64,000 nucleotides of DNA from contig CAVQXP010000003.1 in assembly GCA_963717935.1 (NCBI GenBank), positions 40,203-104,202 of the forward strand. The letters are read 5' to 3'. Numbering within the stretch: position 1 is the stretch's first letter; each line of letters opens with the position of its first letter. A program made the translations under genes and the position numbers. Under the pieces are notes generated by a model that had not been told where the DNA came from, did not search any database, and saw nothing but the letters and a program-made list of their open reading frames with translations. This stretch comes from Candidatus Eiseniibacteriota bacterium. GTDB lineage: Bacteria > Eisenbacteria > RBG-16-71-46. Positions 19,819 through 29,879 of this stretch are shown piece by piece.

Positions 19819-21549
19819 ATGAAGCGGGTCACGCAGGGGCGATCTTGGAGCGAAACGCTCTCGGGCATCACCGCCGACGCATCGTCCGGAACCCCCGCAC
19901 AGCGCGACCGCGACTGGCCGCTGCGGCTGGCACTCGCCGTCTCGCTGGCGATGGCCGCTCACCTCCTGCTCAGCGCGCTCGGATTCAGTCCCACCGACGA
20001 CGGCTTCATCCTCGCGCAGAGCCGTCGCATCCTGTCCGGGGAGGTCCCCCACCGCGACTTCATCTCGATCCGTCCGGTGGGCTCCGCCATCCTGCACGTT
20101 CCCGAGCTGCTGTGGGGCGGAAGCCACGCATTCCTGCTGTCCCGGTTCATCTACTGGCTCGAGGCCGCGCTCGGCTGCTGGTGCTGGCTCGAGATCGCGC
20201 GCATGCGCCTGCGGCTGAGCACGGGCGCGCTCGCCTCGCTGCCTCTTCTCGTGCTCGCGTTCATGCTCTCGACGCACGCCTTCCCACCCATGGCATGGCA
20301 CACGGTGGACGGCGTGTTCCTGGCCTCGCTGGGCTTCCTGCTGGCACAGCGGCCGGGCGCTCGGGGTCGGGCGCTCGGCTATGCCCTGGTGGGCGCCTCG
20401 GCGCTCTGCAAGCAGAGCTTCCTGCCGCTGCTGCCCGCGGCGGTGATCCTGAACGGCGATGCGCGGCGCGCCGCCGCGTGGATCGCGGTCGCGCTTCCCG
20501 CGGCGGCATACGGACTCGTGCTGGTGGCGCTTGGCGCCGGGCACGACCTGCGACTCCAACTGCTGGCACTCACTGACGTCTGGGAGAGCGGCGTGAAGCC
20601 GTTCACGCACCAGCCGTGGGCCCTCGTGGGCATCATCCTCGGGGCGGCGAGCACGATGTGCCTTCGAGCGGGATCCGGGCGCTGGCCGATTCCCCCCGCA
20701 CTCGTGCGCGCGCTTCCCTGGCTGGGCGCTCTCCTGATGTGGGGCGTGTTCGTCCATGCGGGGCGGCTCATGAACGCCGAGGGTTATGTGTTCATCGATC
20801 GCGCCGCGTACATCCTGTTCGGGGCCGGCCTCGGGCTGACGGTGACCACGATGCCCTTCCGCGACGCGCGGCCGCTCGCCGCGATCGCCGCGTTTGCGCT
20901 CGCGGTGGCCTGGAGCAGCTCGGTCTCGCTCGGCTATCGCACGCCGGCGCTGGCGTCGGGGCCGTTGGCGCTCGTCGCGGCGCTCGGCCTGCCGTGGCTG
21001 CTCGGCGGTCCCGTCCGCGCCGGTGCGACGCGCGCTGCGGGGCTGTTGGCAACGGTGGCGGTGCTGGTGATCGCGGGTCACTGGTGGTCGGCGCGACACG
21101 ATCACATCTATCACGAGCAGACGGCACCGGCGCTCACGTTCCGGCTGGACGGCGTGCTGCCAGGCGGCGACGGGATCCGGACCAACCGCAACACGTACGC
21201 GGCGCTCGCCGACCTGCGCGAGGCCACGCGGCGCACGCATGGCAAACCCTACGCGATCCTCGTGGACGTGCCGGGGTGGTGGGCCTGCGCCGAGCAGCGG
21301 AATCCGCTTCCCACAGACTGGCCGCAGTCCATCGAGCTGTGCACGCCGCCGCTGCAGCAGCGCTTCTCGGAGAGTCTGGTGCGCCAGCGGGGGCGCCTGG
21401 CCGTGCTCGTGCAGAAGGTCGAGCTTGCGAACGTGCAGGACGGCTTCGCGCCGGTTGCCCCGACGAACTTCTACTACTATGCGGGGACGCTCGCGCGGCA
21501 GTTGTACACGAGGACCAGCGAAACGCGCTACTGGACGATCTGCGAGTAG
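19819..21549 (+). CDS. Polytopic membrane protein, possibly GT-C-like
   Basis: 576 aa with many TM segments, an early ..SPTDDGFILAQSRRIL.. loop, and a soluble C-terminal domain. It is divergent from 17750..19498. Confidence 0.5.
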   Translation: MKRVTQGRSWSETLSGITADASSGTPAQRDRDWPLRLALAVSLAMAAHLLLSALGFSPTDDGFILAQSRRILSGEVPHRDFISIRPVGSAILHVPELLWGGSHAFLLSRFIYWLEAALGCWCWLEIARMRLRLSTGALASLPLLVLAFMLSTHAFPPMAWHTVDGVFLASLGFLLAQRPGARGRALGYALVGASALCKQSFLPLLPAAVILNGDARRAAAWIAVALPAAAYGLVLVALGAGHDLRLQLLALTDVWESGVKPFTHQPWALVGIILGAASTMCLRAGSGRWPIPPALVRALPWLGALLMWGVFVHAGRLMNAEGYVFIDRAAYILFGAGLGLTVTTMPFRDARPLAAIAAFALAVAWSSSVSLGYRTPALASGPLALVAALGLPWLLGGPVRAGATRAAGLLATVAVLVIAGHWWSARHDHIYHEQTAPALTFRLDGVLPGGDGIRTNRNTYAALADLREATRRTHGKPYAILVDVPGWWACAEQRNPLPTDWPQSIELCTPPLQQRFSESLVRQRGRLAVLVQKVELANVQDGFAPVAPTNFYYYAGTLARQLYTRTSETRYWTICE

Positions 21550-21613
21550 CGTGGCCGGCTGGCTGCGATCGATTCGCGCAGACTGGCGTCCCCGGCCGCG
21601 GCCCCCGCCCGTC

Positions 21614-22870
21614 TCACCCGCCCGGGCGCGCCCCCGGGCCGAATCTCCGCTCGACGTACTCGTCGAGCATGCGCACGAAGTCCCCGGCGATCGCGTCGCC
21701 CTTGAGCGTGGCGGCGAGCTTGCCGTCCACGAAGACGGGCGCGCGCGGGTCCTCGCCCGTGCCGGGCAGCGAGATGCCGATGTCGGAGTGGCGGCTCTCG
21801 CCGGGGCCGTTCACCACGCAGCCCATCACCGCCACGCGCAGCGTCTCGACCCCGGGGTAGGCCGCGCGCCAGCGGGGGATGCGCTCCTGGATGTGCGCGG
21901 TGACGCGGGCGGCCAGCTCCTGGAAGAACGTGCTGGTGGTGCGCCCACAGCCCGGGCAGGAGGTGACCTGCGGGGCGAAGCGGCGGATCCCGAGCGACTG
22001 GAGCACCTGCTGGCAGATCCGCACCTCGTCGGCGCGGTCACCGCCCGGCGTGGGCGTGAGGCTGGTGCGGATGGTGTCGCCGATGCCCTCGGCGAGCAGG
22101 ATCGAGAGCGCGGCGGCACTCGCCACGGTGCCCTTCATGCCGGGACCCGCCTCGGTCAGCCCGAGGTGCAGCGGGTAGTCGCAGGCGGTGCCGAGCGCGC
22201 GATAGACCGCGACCAGGTCGCCCACCTCGCTCACCTTGGCCGAGAGCACGATGCGGTCGTGCGGCAGGCCGCAGCGCTCGGCCAGCTCGGCCGAGCGGAG
22301 CGCGCTCTCGCGGATGGCCTCGAGCATGACCTCGTGGTCGGGGCGGGGCTCGGGGCGCCGCGCGTTCGCGTCCATCAGGCCCGTCAACAGCGCGCGGTCG
22401 AGCGAGCCCCAGTTCACGCCGATCCGCAGCGGTTTGTCGTGCTCGACCGCCACCTCGATCATGCGGCGGAAGTTCTCGTCGTGCCTGCCGCCCACGCCCA
22501 CGTTGCCGGGATTGATCCGGTACTTGTCGAGCGCGCGGGCGCACTCCGGGTGCTCGGTCAGGAGCAGGTGCCCGTTGTAGTGGAAGTCGCCGACCAGGGG
22601 CACGCGCACGCCCCGCTCGTCGAGATGGCGGCGGATCCCGGGCACGGCGGCCGCGGCCTCGCGCGTGTTGACGGTGATGCGCACCAGCTCGGAGCCGGCC
22701 GCGGCGAGGTGCGCGACCTGCCGGGCCGTGGCGTCAGCGTCAGCGGTGTCCGTGTTGGTCATGGACTGCACGACCACCGGGTGCGCCGAGCCCAGCGGCA
22801 CGTCCCCCACGCGGCAGGTGACGGTCGGACGGCGGCCCGAGAGCGCGCCTTCGATGCGGACGAGAGGCAT
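21614..22870 (-). CDS. ispG: 4-hydroxy-3-methylbut-2-en-1-yl diphosphate synthase IspG (GcpE)
   Basis: ..[50 protein letters not shown].. are IspG blocks. ATG at 22870. The upstream part of the 1030-aa track ORF is a shadow frame. Confidence 0.95.
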   Translation of the reverse strand: MPLVRIEGALSGRRPTVTCRVGDVPLGSAHPVVVQSMTNTDTADADATARQVAHLAAAGSELVRITVNTREAAAAVPGIRRHLDERGVRVPLVGDFHYNGHLLLTEHPECARALDKYRINPGNVGVGGRHDENFRRMIEVAVEHDKPLRIGVNWGSLDRALLTGLMDANARRPEPRPDHEVMLEAIRESALRSAELAERCGLPHDRIVLSAKVSEVGDLVAVYRALGTACDYPLHLGLTEAGPGMKGTVASAAALSILLAEGIGDTIRTSLTPTPGGDRADEVRICQQVLQSLGIRRFAPQVTSCPGCGRTTSTFFQELAARVTAHIQERIPRWRAAYPGVETLRVAVMGCVVNGPGESRHSDIGISLPGTGEDPRAPVFVDGKLAATLKGDAIAGDFVRMLDEYVERRFGPGARPGG

Positions 22871-22902
22871 GAAGCGAAGAGTAGGGAGGCGCCTGGAGGG
22901 CG

Positions 22903-24585
22903 TCAACCGCGCGCCAGCCTCCGGTACTTGATGCGGTGCGGCTGGTCGGCCTCGCGGCCGAGCCGCTCGTGGCGGACCTTCTCGTAGTCGGCGTAGTTGC
23001 CCTCGAAGAACACGACCTGGCTGTCGCCCTCGAAGGCCAGCATGTGGGTGGCGATGCGGTCCAGGAACCAGCGGTCGTGGGAGATGACCACGACGCAGCC
23101 GGCGAACTCGATCAGCGCCTCCTCGAGCGCACGCAGCGTGTCCACGTCGAGGTCGTTGGTGGGCTCGTCCAGGAGCAGCACGTTGGCCCCGCTCTTGAGG
23201 ATGCGCGCCAGGTGGACGCGGTTGCGCTCGCCGCCCGAGAGGTCCTTCACGCGCTTCTGCTGGTCGGCGCCCTTGAAGTTGAACGAGGCCACGTAGGAGC
23301 GCGAGTTCATCGAGCGCTTGCCCAGCTCGATCATGTCCTTCCCGTCGGAGATGGCCTCCCAGACGTTCGCGTCGGGCGGCAGCGCGTCGCGGCTCTGGTC
23401 CACGTAGGCCAGGCTCACGGTCTCGCCGATGCGCAGCGTGCCGGCGTCGGGCTTCTCCTGCCCGGTGATCATGCGGAAGAGCGTGGTCTTGCCGGCGCCG
23501 TTCGGGCCGATCACGCCGATGATGCCGGCGGGGGGGAGCTTGAACGACAGGTCCTCGATGAGCAGGTTGTCGCCGTAGCCCTTGCGCAGGTGCTCGGTCT
23601 CGATGACCACGGTGCCCAGGCGCGGCCCGGGCGGGATGTAGATCTCGATGTTCTCGAGCTTCTCGCGGCCGTCCTCGGCCAGCAGCTTCTCGTAGGCGGC
23701 GAGCCGCGCCTTGCCCTTGGCCTGCCGCGCGCGCGCGGCCATGTGCACCCACTCGAGCTCGCGCTGGAGCGTGCGCTGCCGTGCGCTCTCCTGCTTCTCC
23801 TCGACCGCGAGACGCTTGCGCTTCTGGTCGAGCCAGGAGGTGTAGTTGCCCTCCCAGGGGATGCCCGCGCCGCGGTCGAGCTCCAGGATCCAACCCGCCA
23901 CGTTGTCGAGGAAGTAGCGGTCGTGGGTCACGGCGACGACCGTGCCGGCGTACTCCTTGAGGAAGCGCTCGAGCCAGGCGACCGACTCGGCGTCGAGGTG
24001 GTTCGTGGGCTCGTCCAGCAGCAGCAGGTCCGGCTCCTGCAGCAGCAGCCGGCACAGCGCCACGCGCCGCCGCTCGCCGCCCGAGAGCGTCGTCACGTCC
24101 TGCTCGGGCGGCGGGCAGCGCAACGCGTCCATGGCGATCTCGAGGTGGCGCTCCAGCTCCCACAGGTTGCCGGCATCCATCTTGTCCTGGACCTTGGCCT
24201 GCTCCTCGAGCAGCTTCGCCATCTCGTCGTCGTCCAACGGCTCGGCGAAGCGCGCGCTGATCTCGTTCCAGCGGCGCACGACGGCCATCTTCTCGGCCAC
24301 GCCCTCCTGGACGTTCTCGAGCACGGTCTTCGCCGGGTCGAGGGTGGGCTCCTGCGTCAGGAAGCCGACCGTGTAGCCCTTGCCGAGGAAGGCCTCGCCG
24401 ATGAAGTCGGGGTCCACGCCCGCCATGATGCGCAGCAGCGAGCTCTTGCCCGCGCCGTTCAGGCCGAGCACGCCGATCTTGGCGCCGTCGAAGAACGAGA
24501 GCCAGATCCCCTTGAGGATCTCGCGCTTGGGGGGGACGACCTTGTGGAGGTCCTTCATGGTGTAGATGAAATCGGGCGACATCAT
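22903..24585 (-). CDS. ettA: Energy-dependent translational throttle ABC-F protein EttA
   Basis: Full-length colinearity with EttA as I remember it: ..[50 protein letters not shown].., two ABC cassettes, and the C-terminus ..HRIKYRRLA. Confidence 0.95.
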   Translation of the reverse strand: MMSPDFIYTMKDLHKVVPPKREILKGIWLSFFDGAKIGVLGLNGAGKSSLLRIMAGVDPDFIGEAFLGKGYTVGFLTQEPTLDPAKTVLENVQEGVAEKMAVVRRWNEISARFAEPLDDDEMAKLLEEQAKVQDKMDAGNLWELERHLEIAMDALRCPPPEQDVTTLSGGERRRVALCRLLLQEPDLLLLDEPTNHLDAESVAWLERFLKEYAGTVVAVTHDRYFLDNVAGWILELDRGAGIPWEGNYTSWLDQKRKRLAVEEKQESARQRTLQRELEWVHMAARARQAKGKARLAAYEKLLAEDGREKLENIEIYIPPGPRLGTVVIETEHLRKGYGDNLLIEDLSFKLPPAGIIGVIGPNGAGKTTLFRMITGQEKPDAGTLRIGETVSLAYVDQSRDALPPDANVWEAISDGKDMIELGKRSMNSRSYVASFNFKGADQQKRVKDLSGGERNRVHLARILKSGANVLLLDEPTNDLDVDTLRALEEALIEFAGCVVVISHDRWFLDRIATHMLAFEGDSQVVFFEGNYADYEKVRHERLGREADQPHRIKYRRLARG

Positions 24586-24705
24586 GCCTCGCAAGGTGGA
24601 GGGACCCGGGAGATCCGTGGGAGAACGCGGCGGGACAGGATGCGGGATGGCGGTGGCGCGCGCAAGGCGGGTATGCTGCGAGCGCCAGGACCGCCAGGAG
24701 GTGCA

Positions 24706-26082
24706 ATGCGGGCGACGCGAGCCATCCCCATCCTGTTCCTCGTCGTCACGGTCCTCTGCGCGGCGCTCGATGCCCCGGACCGCAGGGGAGTCGCGTGGGG
24801 GTTCGTGGGCTTCGCGCTGGCCGGCGCATTGATCCTCGTCCTCTGGCCCCGCGGCAGGCGGGCGCGCGGGGCGGAGGCCCCGCCCACGGCGCTCGACCTG
24901 CTCCGTGCGGGCCTCGTGCTCGGGTTCACCGGCTTCGGCGGAGGGCTCGCGGTGCTCACGCAGGTGGAGCACCGCCTGGTCGGCCGCGAGCGCTGGATCA
25001 CGCCGGAGGTCTTCCTCGAGTCCACGGCCCTCGGGCAGAGCCTCCCCGGGGCGATCTCGACCAACACGCTCGGCTTCGTCGGCTGGCGCCTCGCCCGGCT
25101 GCGCGGCGCGCTCGCGCTCGAGGGCGGCTTCGTGCTGCCCTCGTTCCTCATGATGGTCGCCTTCAGCCTGCTCTACGCACAGCTGCGCCAGTTCGTCGTG
25201 GTCGCGGGGATCTTCCACCTGCTCAACCCGGCCGTGGCGGGGATGGTCGGCGCGATGGCCATGAAGCTGGCCGCCGAGCTCGCGCGCGCGCCCGGGGGGG
25301 CGCCCGCCGGCCTGCGCGGCCTGCTGCGGGACCCCTGGGCGCTGCTTGTCGCGCTGGGGGCCGCGCTCGGGGTCGCCGTGCTGGGGCTCGGCGTTCCCGA
25401 GGTCGTGCTCGCGGCGGGGCTGCTCGGCGTGGTGCGCCACCTGGCGCGGAACTCGGGCGCGCTGGCCGCGCTGCTTCCCTGGTCGCTCGGAGGGCTCGGC
25501 CTGGCGGTCGCCACGCAGGGGCCGGTGCGCCTGGCCGTGCTGGGCGAGATGCACCGCCTGGGCGAGCTGGCGACCGTGTTCCTGCGCGCCGGGGCGCTCA
25601 CCTTCGGTGGGGGCTACGTCATCATCCCCGTGCTCGAGGCCGAGTTGGTGCAGGGGCGCCACTGGCTCACCGCGCAGGCGTTCGTGGACGCGATGGCGCT
25701 CGGCCAGGTCACGCCGGGGCCGGTCGTGATCACCGCGACCTTCGTGGGCTACACGCTGGCCGGCCTCGCCGGTGCGCTGGCCTCCACGGTCGCGGTCTTC
25801 CTGCCGGCCTTCGTGCTCGTGGTGCTCGTGAGCCTCTCGCTCGACCGCTTCCGCCGCTCGCCCGGGATCCAGGCGTTCCTGCGCGGTCTGCAGCCGGCCG
25901 TCGTGGGGCTCATGGCGGCGGCGACGGCGACCCTGGTGCGGCATGGCGTCCAGGATGTGCCCGGGGCCGTCGTGGCGGTGGCTGCGTTCCTGCTGCTCTG
26001 GAGGCTGCGCGTCAATCCGATGTGGGTCGTGCTGGGCGCAGGCACGCTCGGCGCCGCCTGGGTGCTGCTGCCGGGCGTCTGA
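24706..26082 (+). CDS. chrA: Chromate ion transporter (CHR family, two-domain ChrA)
   Basis: Two CHR repeats (..[15 protein letters not shown].. and ..[18 protein letters not shown]..). ATG at 24706 with RBS CAGGAGG. Confidence 0.9.
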   Translation: MRATRAIPILFLVVTVLCAALDAPDRRGVAWGFVGFALAGALILVLWPRGRRARGAEAPPTALDLLRAGLVLGFTGFGGGLAVLTQVEHRLVGRERWITPEVFLESTALGQSLPGAISTNTLGFVGWRLARLRGALALEGGFVLPSFLMMVAFSLLYAQLRQFVVVAGIFHLLNPAVAGMVGAMAMKLAAELARAPGGAPAGLRGLLRDPWALLVALGAALGVAVLGLGVPEVVLAAGLLGVVRHLARNSGALAALLPWSLGGLGLAVATQGPVRLAVLGEMHRLGELATVFLRAGALTFGGGYVIIPVLEAELVQGRHWLTAQAFVDAMALGQVTPGPVVITATFVGYTLAGLAGALASTVAVFLPAFVLVVLVSLSLDRFRRSPGIQAFLRGLQPAVVGLMAAATATLVRHGVQDVPGAVVAVAAFLLLWRLRVNPMWVVLGAGTLGAAWVLLPGV

Positions 26083-26088
26083 GCCCGG

Positions 26089-27204
26089 CTACGATCCGGG
26101 TTCGGGCGGGCCGGGCGGATCGCCCTGCGGTGGGCCGGGCGATGTTTCGTCCCCCGCATCCCCCGCATCCGCCGGCGACGCCGGTCCCGTCGGCGCCCCG
26201 CCTGCGCCCGTGCGCGTCGCGGCACTGCGCCCGCCGAGCTTCTTCGCCGTGGTCCGGATGCGCTCCTCGAGTTCGGTGATGGACTCCTCGGTCCGGCGCA
26301 GCTTCTCGGCGTTCTCCTGCGACCATCCGTGCACCTGCAGCGCGAAGTCCTCGGAGCGCGCGCTCCTCTCCATGCCCTCGAGCTTGGCCGCCTGCTGGAG
26401 CAGGTGCTCGCGCTGTCCCTTCTTCTGCTCGAGCGTCCCGCGCCAGCGCGCGACGTGGCCCTCCATGCGCGTGCGCCACTCGTCGCGGCTCTTCGAACGC
26501 TCCTGGCGCTGCTCGGTGATGCGCGCCTGCGCGGCCTGCCAGGCCTCCGAGAGGCGCTTGCGCAGATCCTCGAACTGGCCGCGCCGCAGGTAGGCCTGGC
26601 CGAGCCGGGCCTGCAGCTCCTTCACGCGCCGGATGGCTTCGTAGGGGGCTCCGCTGCGCGCGCACTCGTTCACCTCGGCGACCGGCGCAGCGAGGGCCTG
26701 GTAGTCCTGTTCCTGCTGACGGTCGCGCACGCGCTGCAACGCGTCGCGCGCGTGGCGCCAGTGGTCCCAGCACGCGCGGCGGTCGGGACCAACGAGGACC
26801 CGGCCGGGAGAGCCCGGCCGCTTGCTCCCCAGCAACGTGCGGACCTCGTTCAGCAGGGCCTCCGCCCTGCGGTAGCCGGCGGTGCCCTGCGTGCCCTGGG
26901 CCAGTCCCTCGGCGTCCCGGAGCTTTCCTTCGATGGTCTCGCGGGCCTCGAGGGACTCGTAGCGGCGCGACTCCCACTCGTCATGCCGGGCCTGGCGCGC
27001 CTCGGGCGCATCGGGCGGGGCGGCCGGCCCGGCGGCCGGCGGCGCGCCCGCCCTGGCCTCTTCGTCCAGCGCCGGGTCGGGCGGCGCGCTCGCGCCGGTC
27101 GTCTCTTCGGCCGGCGCCGGAGCGTCGAACCCCGGAGCGGCCTCGCGGCTCGGTGTGTCGGACACCGAAGACGGGTCCGATGGCAGAGGGCCTGACTCGT
27201 CCAT
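26089..27204 (-). CDS. Hypothetical protein, Pro/Ala-rich ends and long charged coiled-coil core
   Basis: 371-aa ORF with strong G/C third-position bias. I did not recognise any family. Confidence 0.5.
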   Translation of the reverse strand: MDESGPLPSDPSSVSDTPSREAAPGFDAPAPAEETTGASAPPDPALDEEARAGAPPAAGPAAPPDAPEARQARHDEWESRRYESLEARETIEGKLRDAEGLAQGTQGTAGYRRAEALLNEVRTLLGSKRPGSPGRVLVGPDRRACWDHWRHARDALQRVRDRQQEQDYQALAAPVAEVNECARSGAPYEAIRRVKELQARLGQAYLRRGQFEDLRKRLSEAWQAAQARITEQRQERSKSRDEWRTRMEGHVARWRGTLEQKKGQREHLLQQAAKLEGMERSARSEDFALQVHGWSQENAEKLRRTEESITELEERIRTTAKKLGGRSAATRTGAGGAPTGPASPADAGDAGDETSPGPPQGDPPGPPEPGS

Positions 27205-27322
27205 GGCCAGAGTCTAGCGCAGCCGGCGCGCTCGCACCGAGCGCCCCCGGAGGGTGGCAGACCCCCCGAAACGAGAGGCGGCACGGGGTGCCGCCTCGGT
27301 GAAGCCCGCTGGCTGCGTGTGC

Positions 27323-27634
27323 CTACCGGACGGGGGCCGCCGGGTGGAAACCGCGCCGGGTGAACCACCAGATGGCCGCGACCAGCAGTGCGATCGGGAG
27401 CGCGGGAAGGAGCGCCATGAACAGGAGCGGGATCCCCACGAGCGCCGCGACCACGATCCCCCCGATGAGCAGGACGGGCAGGAAGAGCAGTGCGCCGAGG
27501 GCCTTGAACGCGAAGCCCAGCAGCCGGAACGGCAGCAGCACGACCCAGAACACCAGCGCGGCGACGCCGAGAAGCGCACTGACAACGGCGAAGATCACGA
27601 ATGCCGCAAACCCCAGCGCCAGCAACTCGAACAC
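27323..27634 (-). CDS. Small hydrophobic membrane protein (start inferred)
   Basis: A GTG at 27634 follows GGAGGGCAGGAAG. The product VFELLALGFAAFVIFAVV..LLPFRLLGF..LLFLPVLLIGG.. has 3-4 TM helices. The rest of the 367-aa track ORF looks non-coding. Confidence 0.4.
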   Translation of the reverse strand: MFELLALGFAAFVIFAVVSALLGVAALVFWVVLLPFRLLGFAFKALGALLFLPVLLIGGIVVAALVGIPLLFMALLPALPIALLVAAIWWFTRRGFHPAAPVR

Positions 27635-27895
27635 CTTCCTGCCCTCCGCTTGAGTCCCGGGGATCGGCCCGGCTGCCTCCCGGTCATCCGCCTTCTGCGG
27701 GTCCGGGCCCTGGCAGGCCGGGTGCTCGCCTCCGGGGCGCCCCTTCGTGAACACTACTACGGAGCGGGGCCACGCCGGGTTGCACGTTGCCCTGCCGCTG
27801 CTAAAGTGACTGCATCCCAAGCGGGTACGCTCGCCGGGCCGGGCGGATGCGTCCCGGGCCGCGAGGAGACCGGCACGAAGACCTGGAGGTTGGGG

Positions 27896-28135
27896 ATGGC
27901 AGCCACCCGTATCACCGTGAAGAACGATGGCTCCCTGCGAGTCGAGGGCGACTTCGAGATCGTGGACCCGGAAGGCCGCCTTTTCGGCCTCGCGGGCCGC
28001 CCTCACGTGAGCCTGTGCCGCTGCGGCCAGTCGCTGAAGAAGCCGTTCTGCGACGGGGCGCACAAGGCCTCCGGGTTCCGCTCGCAGGTCGTCGCCATCG
28101 ACCTCGAACCGCCTGCCCCGAAACCCGGATCGTGA
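27896..28135 (+). CDS. CDGSH-type iron-sulfur domain protein
   Basis: ..SLCRCGQSLKKPFCDGAHK.. is the CDGSH motif. RBS CTGGAGG precedes the ATG. Confidence 0.8.
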   Translation: MAATRITVKNDGSLRVEGDFEIVDPEGRLFGLAGRPHVSLCRCGQSLKKPFCDGAHKASGFRSQVVAIDLEPPAPKPGS

Positions 28136-28148
28136 CACGGAGGCCCCG

Positions 28149-29100
28149 ATGAGACGCCCCGTCCTGCTCCTCGTCCTGGTGTGCCTGGCCATGGCCGCCG
28201 CTCCCGCTGCCCGTGCCCAGCGGACCTTCGACGAGGTCGTGATCACGCCCACGAAGCTGACCGATGGCCTCTGGATGATCACCGGGGCCGGCGGGAACCT
28301 GCTGGTCTGCGCGGGCCCGGACGGCGTGCTGCTGGTGGACGCCCAGTACGGGCCGCTCGCGGCGAAGATCCTCGCCGTGGTGGACTCGCTCTCCGGCGGC
28401 CGTCCACTGCGCTTCGTCCTCAACACCCACTACCACGGCGACCATGTCGGCGGCGACTCGGCCATGGCCGCGGCGGGCGCGACCATCGTGGCGCACGCGA
28501 ACGCGCGGCGGCGGATGAGCGCGGACCGGTTCAACAAGACCCTGGGGGCCACCACGAAGGCGGTGCCGGCCGCGGGGCTGCCCGTGCTGACCTTCGGCGA
28601 CTCGCTGACCTTCCACCTGAATGGCCTGGAGATCCGCGTCCTGCACCTGCCGCCCGGCCACACCGACGGGGACGCGGTGGTCTGGATCCCGGGCGCGAAC
28701 GTGCTGCACACGGGCGACCTGTTCTTCAACGGCACCTACCCGGTGATCGACGCCTCGGCCGGTGGCTCCATCGAGGGGATGCTCCGCGTCCTCGACCCAC
28801 TGCTGCCCATCGTGACGTTCACGACGAAGGTCGTTCCCGGGCATGGTCCGCTCGCCGACCGCGCCGCGCTGCTGCGCTTCCGGGGCATGCTCCTGGCGGT
28901 GCGCGACCGCGTGACGGCGCTCGTGAAGGACGGCCGCACCCTCGGGCAGGTGATGGCGGCGAAGCCCCTCGCCGACCTGGACCGGGATCTGGGGCACCGG
29001 CTTCATGACGCCCGAAGCCTTCCTGCAGATCGCCTACCAGGACCTCTCTCGGGAGCCGCCGCCCCCGCTGCCCGACCTCCTCCACGACCACCACCACTGA
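28149..29100 (+). pseudogene. Secreted MBL-fold metallo-hydrolase with an apparent +1 frameshift near 28975-28990
   Basis: Signal peptide, then NTHYHGDHVGG.., ..PGHTDGD.., ..HTGD.., ..PGHGP. After ..LADLDRD the family-like continuation WGTGFMTPEAFLQIAYQDL..HDHHH-stop (29098-29100) is in the next frame. The track ORF running on to 29489 is low-complexity Arg/Pro/Ala. Confidence 0.75.
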
Positions 29101-29109
29101 GCGTCGCGC

Positions 29110-29481
29110 ATGCGCGCGTTCCTGCTGCTCCTGCCCGCCGGCGTGAGCGCGCTCCTCCTGGGCGCGCACTTCCTGCGCCGGGACGATCCCGGCCTGGTGG
29201 TCATCAGCCTGGTGCTCTTCGGGCTGCTCTTCGTGCGCCGGCTGTGGGCCGCGCGCCTCGTGCAGCTCGGACTGCTCGCGGGCGCGCTCGAGTGGCTGCG
29301 CACGCTGGCGGCACTGCTCCCCGCACGACGTGCCGCGGGCGAGCCCTGGATGCGCCTGGCCGCGATCCTCGGCGGGGTGGCGCTGCTGGCGCTGCTGGGC
29401 GCGGCGCTCCTCGAGACCCGCAGGCTCAGGGAGCGCTACCGCGGCCCCCGGCCCGCCGGGCGGGTCGGAGGAGCCCGCTGA
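29110..29481 (+). CDS. Small membrane protein (4 predicted TM helices)
   Basis: The ATG is 10 nt after the corrected MBL stop. The product is hydrophobic: MRAFLLLLPAGVSALLLGA..LVVISLVLFGLLF.. Confidence 0.55.
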   Translation: MRAFLLLLPAGVSALLLGAHFLRRDDPGLVVISLVLFGLLFVRRLWAARLVQLGLLAGALEWLRTLAALLPARRAAGEPWMRLAAILGGVALLALLGAALLETRRLRERYRGPRPAGRVGGAR

Positions 29482-29520
29482 GCCGGTAGCCGCTTCCACC
29501 CGCCCGGGGCGGCTGGAACC

Positions 29521-29820
29521 TCAGGCGTCGAGGCGGACGGAGCAGCGACCGAAGCGGCCGAAGGCGAAGCTCAGCCGGGCGGGATGCGCGCGAGCCGCCA
29601 GCACGTCCCGATGGACGTAGAGGGCGATCCCGCCGGCGTCCAGGCACTCATGCCCGGCGGGGTCTTCCGGGATCTCGAGCGACCCGACCGGGCCGCGCTC
29701 GACCGTTCATCAGCCGTGCATGATCGCCTGGAGCGAGACATACAGTGCCCCGCCCCGGGCGGCGATGTACTCCCGGAGTTCCTCGGACTCGAAGCGGGCG
29801 TGTCGCATGGCGGTCAGCAT
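29521..29820 (-). CDS. Candidate selenoprotein with two adjacent in-frame TGA codons (CC/Se-type small redox protein?)
   Basis: M(LTAM)RHARFESEELREYIAARGGALYVSLQAIMHG-TGA-TGA-TVERGPVGSLEIPEDPAGHECLDAGGIALYVHRDVLAARAHPARLSFAFGRFGRCSVRLDA-stop. Both halves show strong G/C third-position bias, and the downstream half has no start codon of its own. The start could be ATG 29820 or 29808. Confidence 0.55.
29675..29702 (-). promoter_or_regulatory. SECIS-like hairpin starting 4 nt after the second TGA
   Basis: Minus strand: UCGAGCG-CGG-CCC-GGUC-GGG-U-CGCUCGA. That is a 7-bp lower stem, an internal loop, a 3-bp upper stem and a GGUC apical loop, the same loop as in the E. coli fdhF SECIS. Confidence 0.45.
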
Positions 29821-29879
29821 ACCGGAAACCGCGGGGTGGGGCGATTCCCATCCGGGTCGTGCGCTCCTTCGTCTCCGGT

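Noticed and set aside
21614-24706. 1030-aa minus-strand ORF that looks like a giant fusion protein
   Set aside because: Only the last 418 aa (ispG, from ATG 22870) are protein-like. The upstream part is a shadow frame across ettA, which is encoded in another frame of the same strand.
29080-29100. C-terminal ..HDHHH of the corrected MBL gene as an engineered His-tag or vector remnant
   Set aside because: There are only three consecutive His residues, the surrounding sequence and codon usage are native, and no vector-like sequence or linker is present.
29707-29712. TGA-TGA as an ordinary tandem stop (fail-safe terminator) of a 36-aa or 72-aa ORF
   Set aside because: The same frame continues for 61 codons with full coding-type third-position bias and no start codon of its own, ending 39 nt from the next gene. 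The upstream piece alone would be an implausibly small fragment of a fold. This remains the main alternative to the selenoprotein reading.
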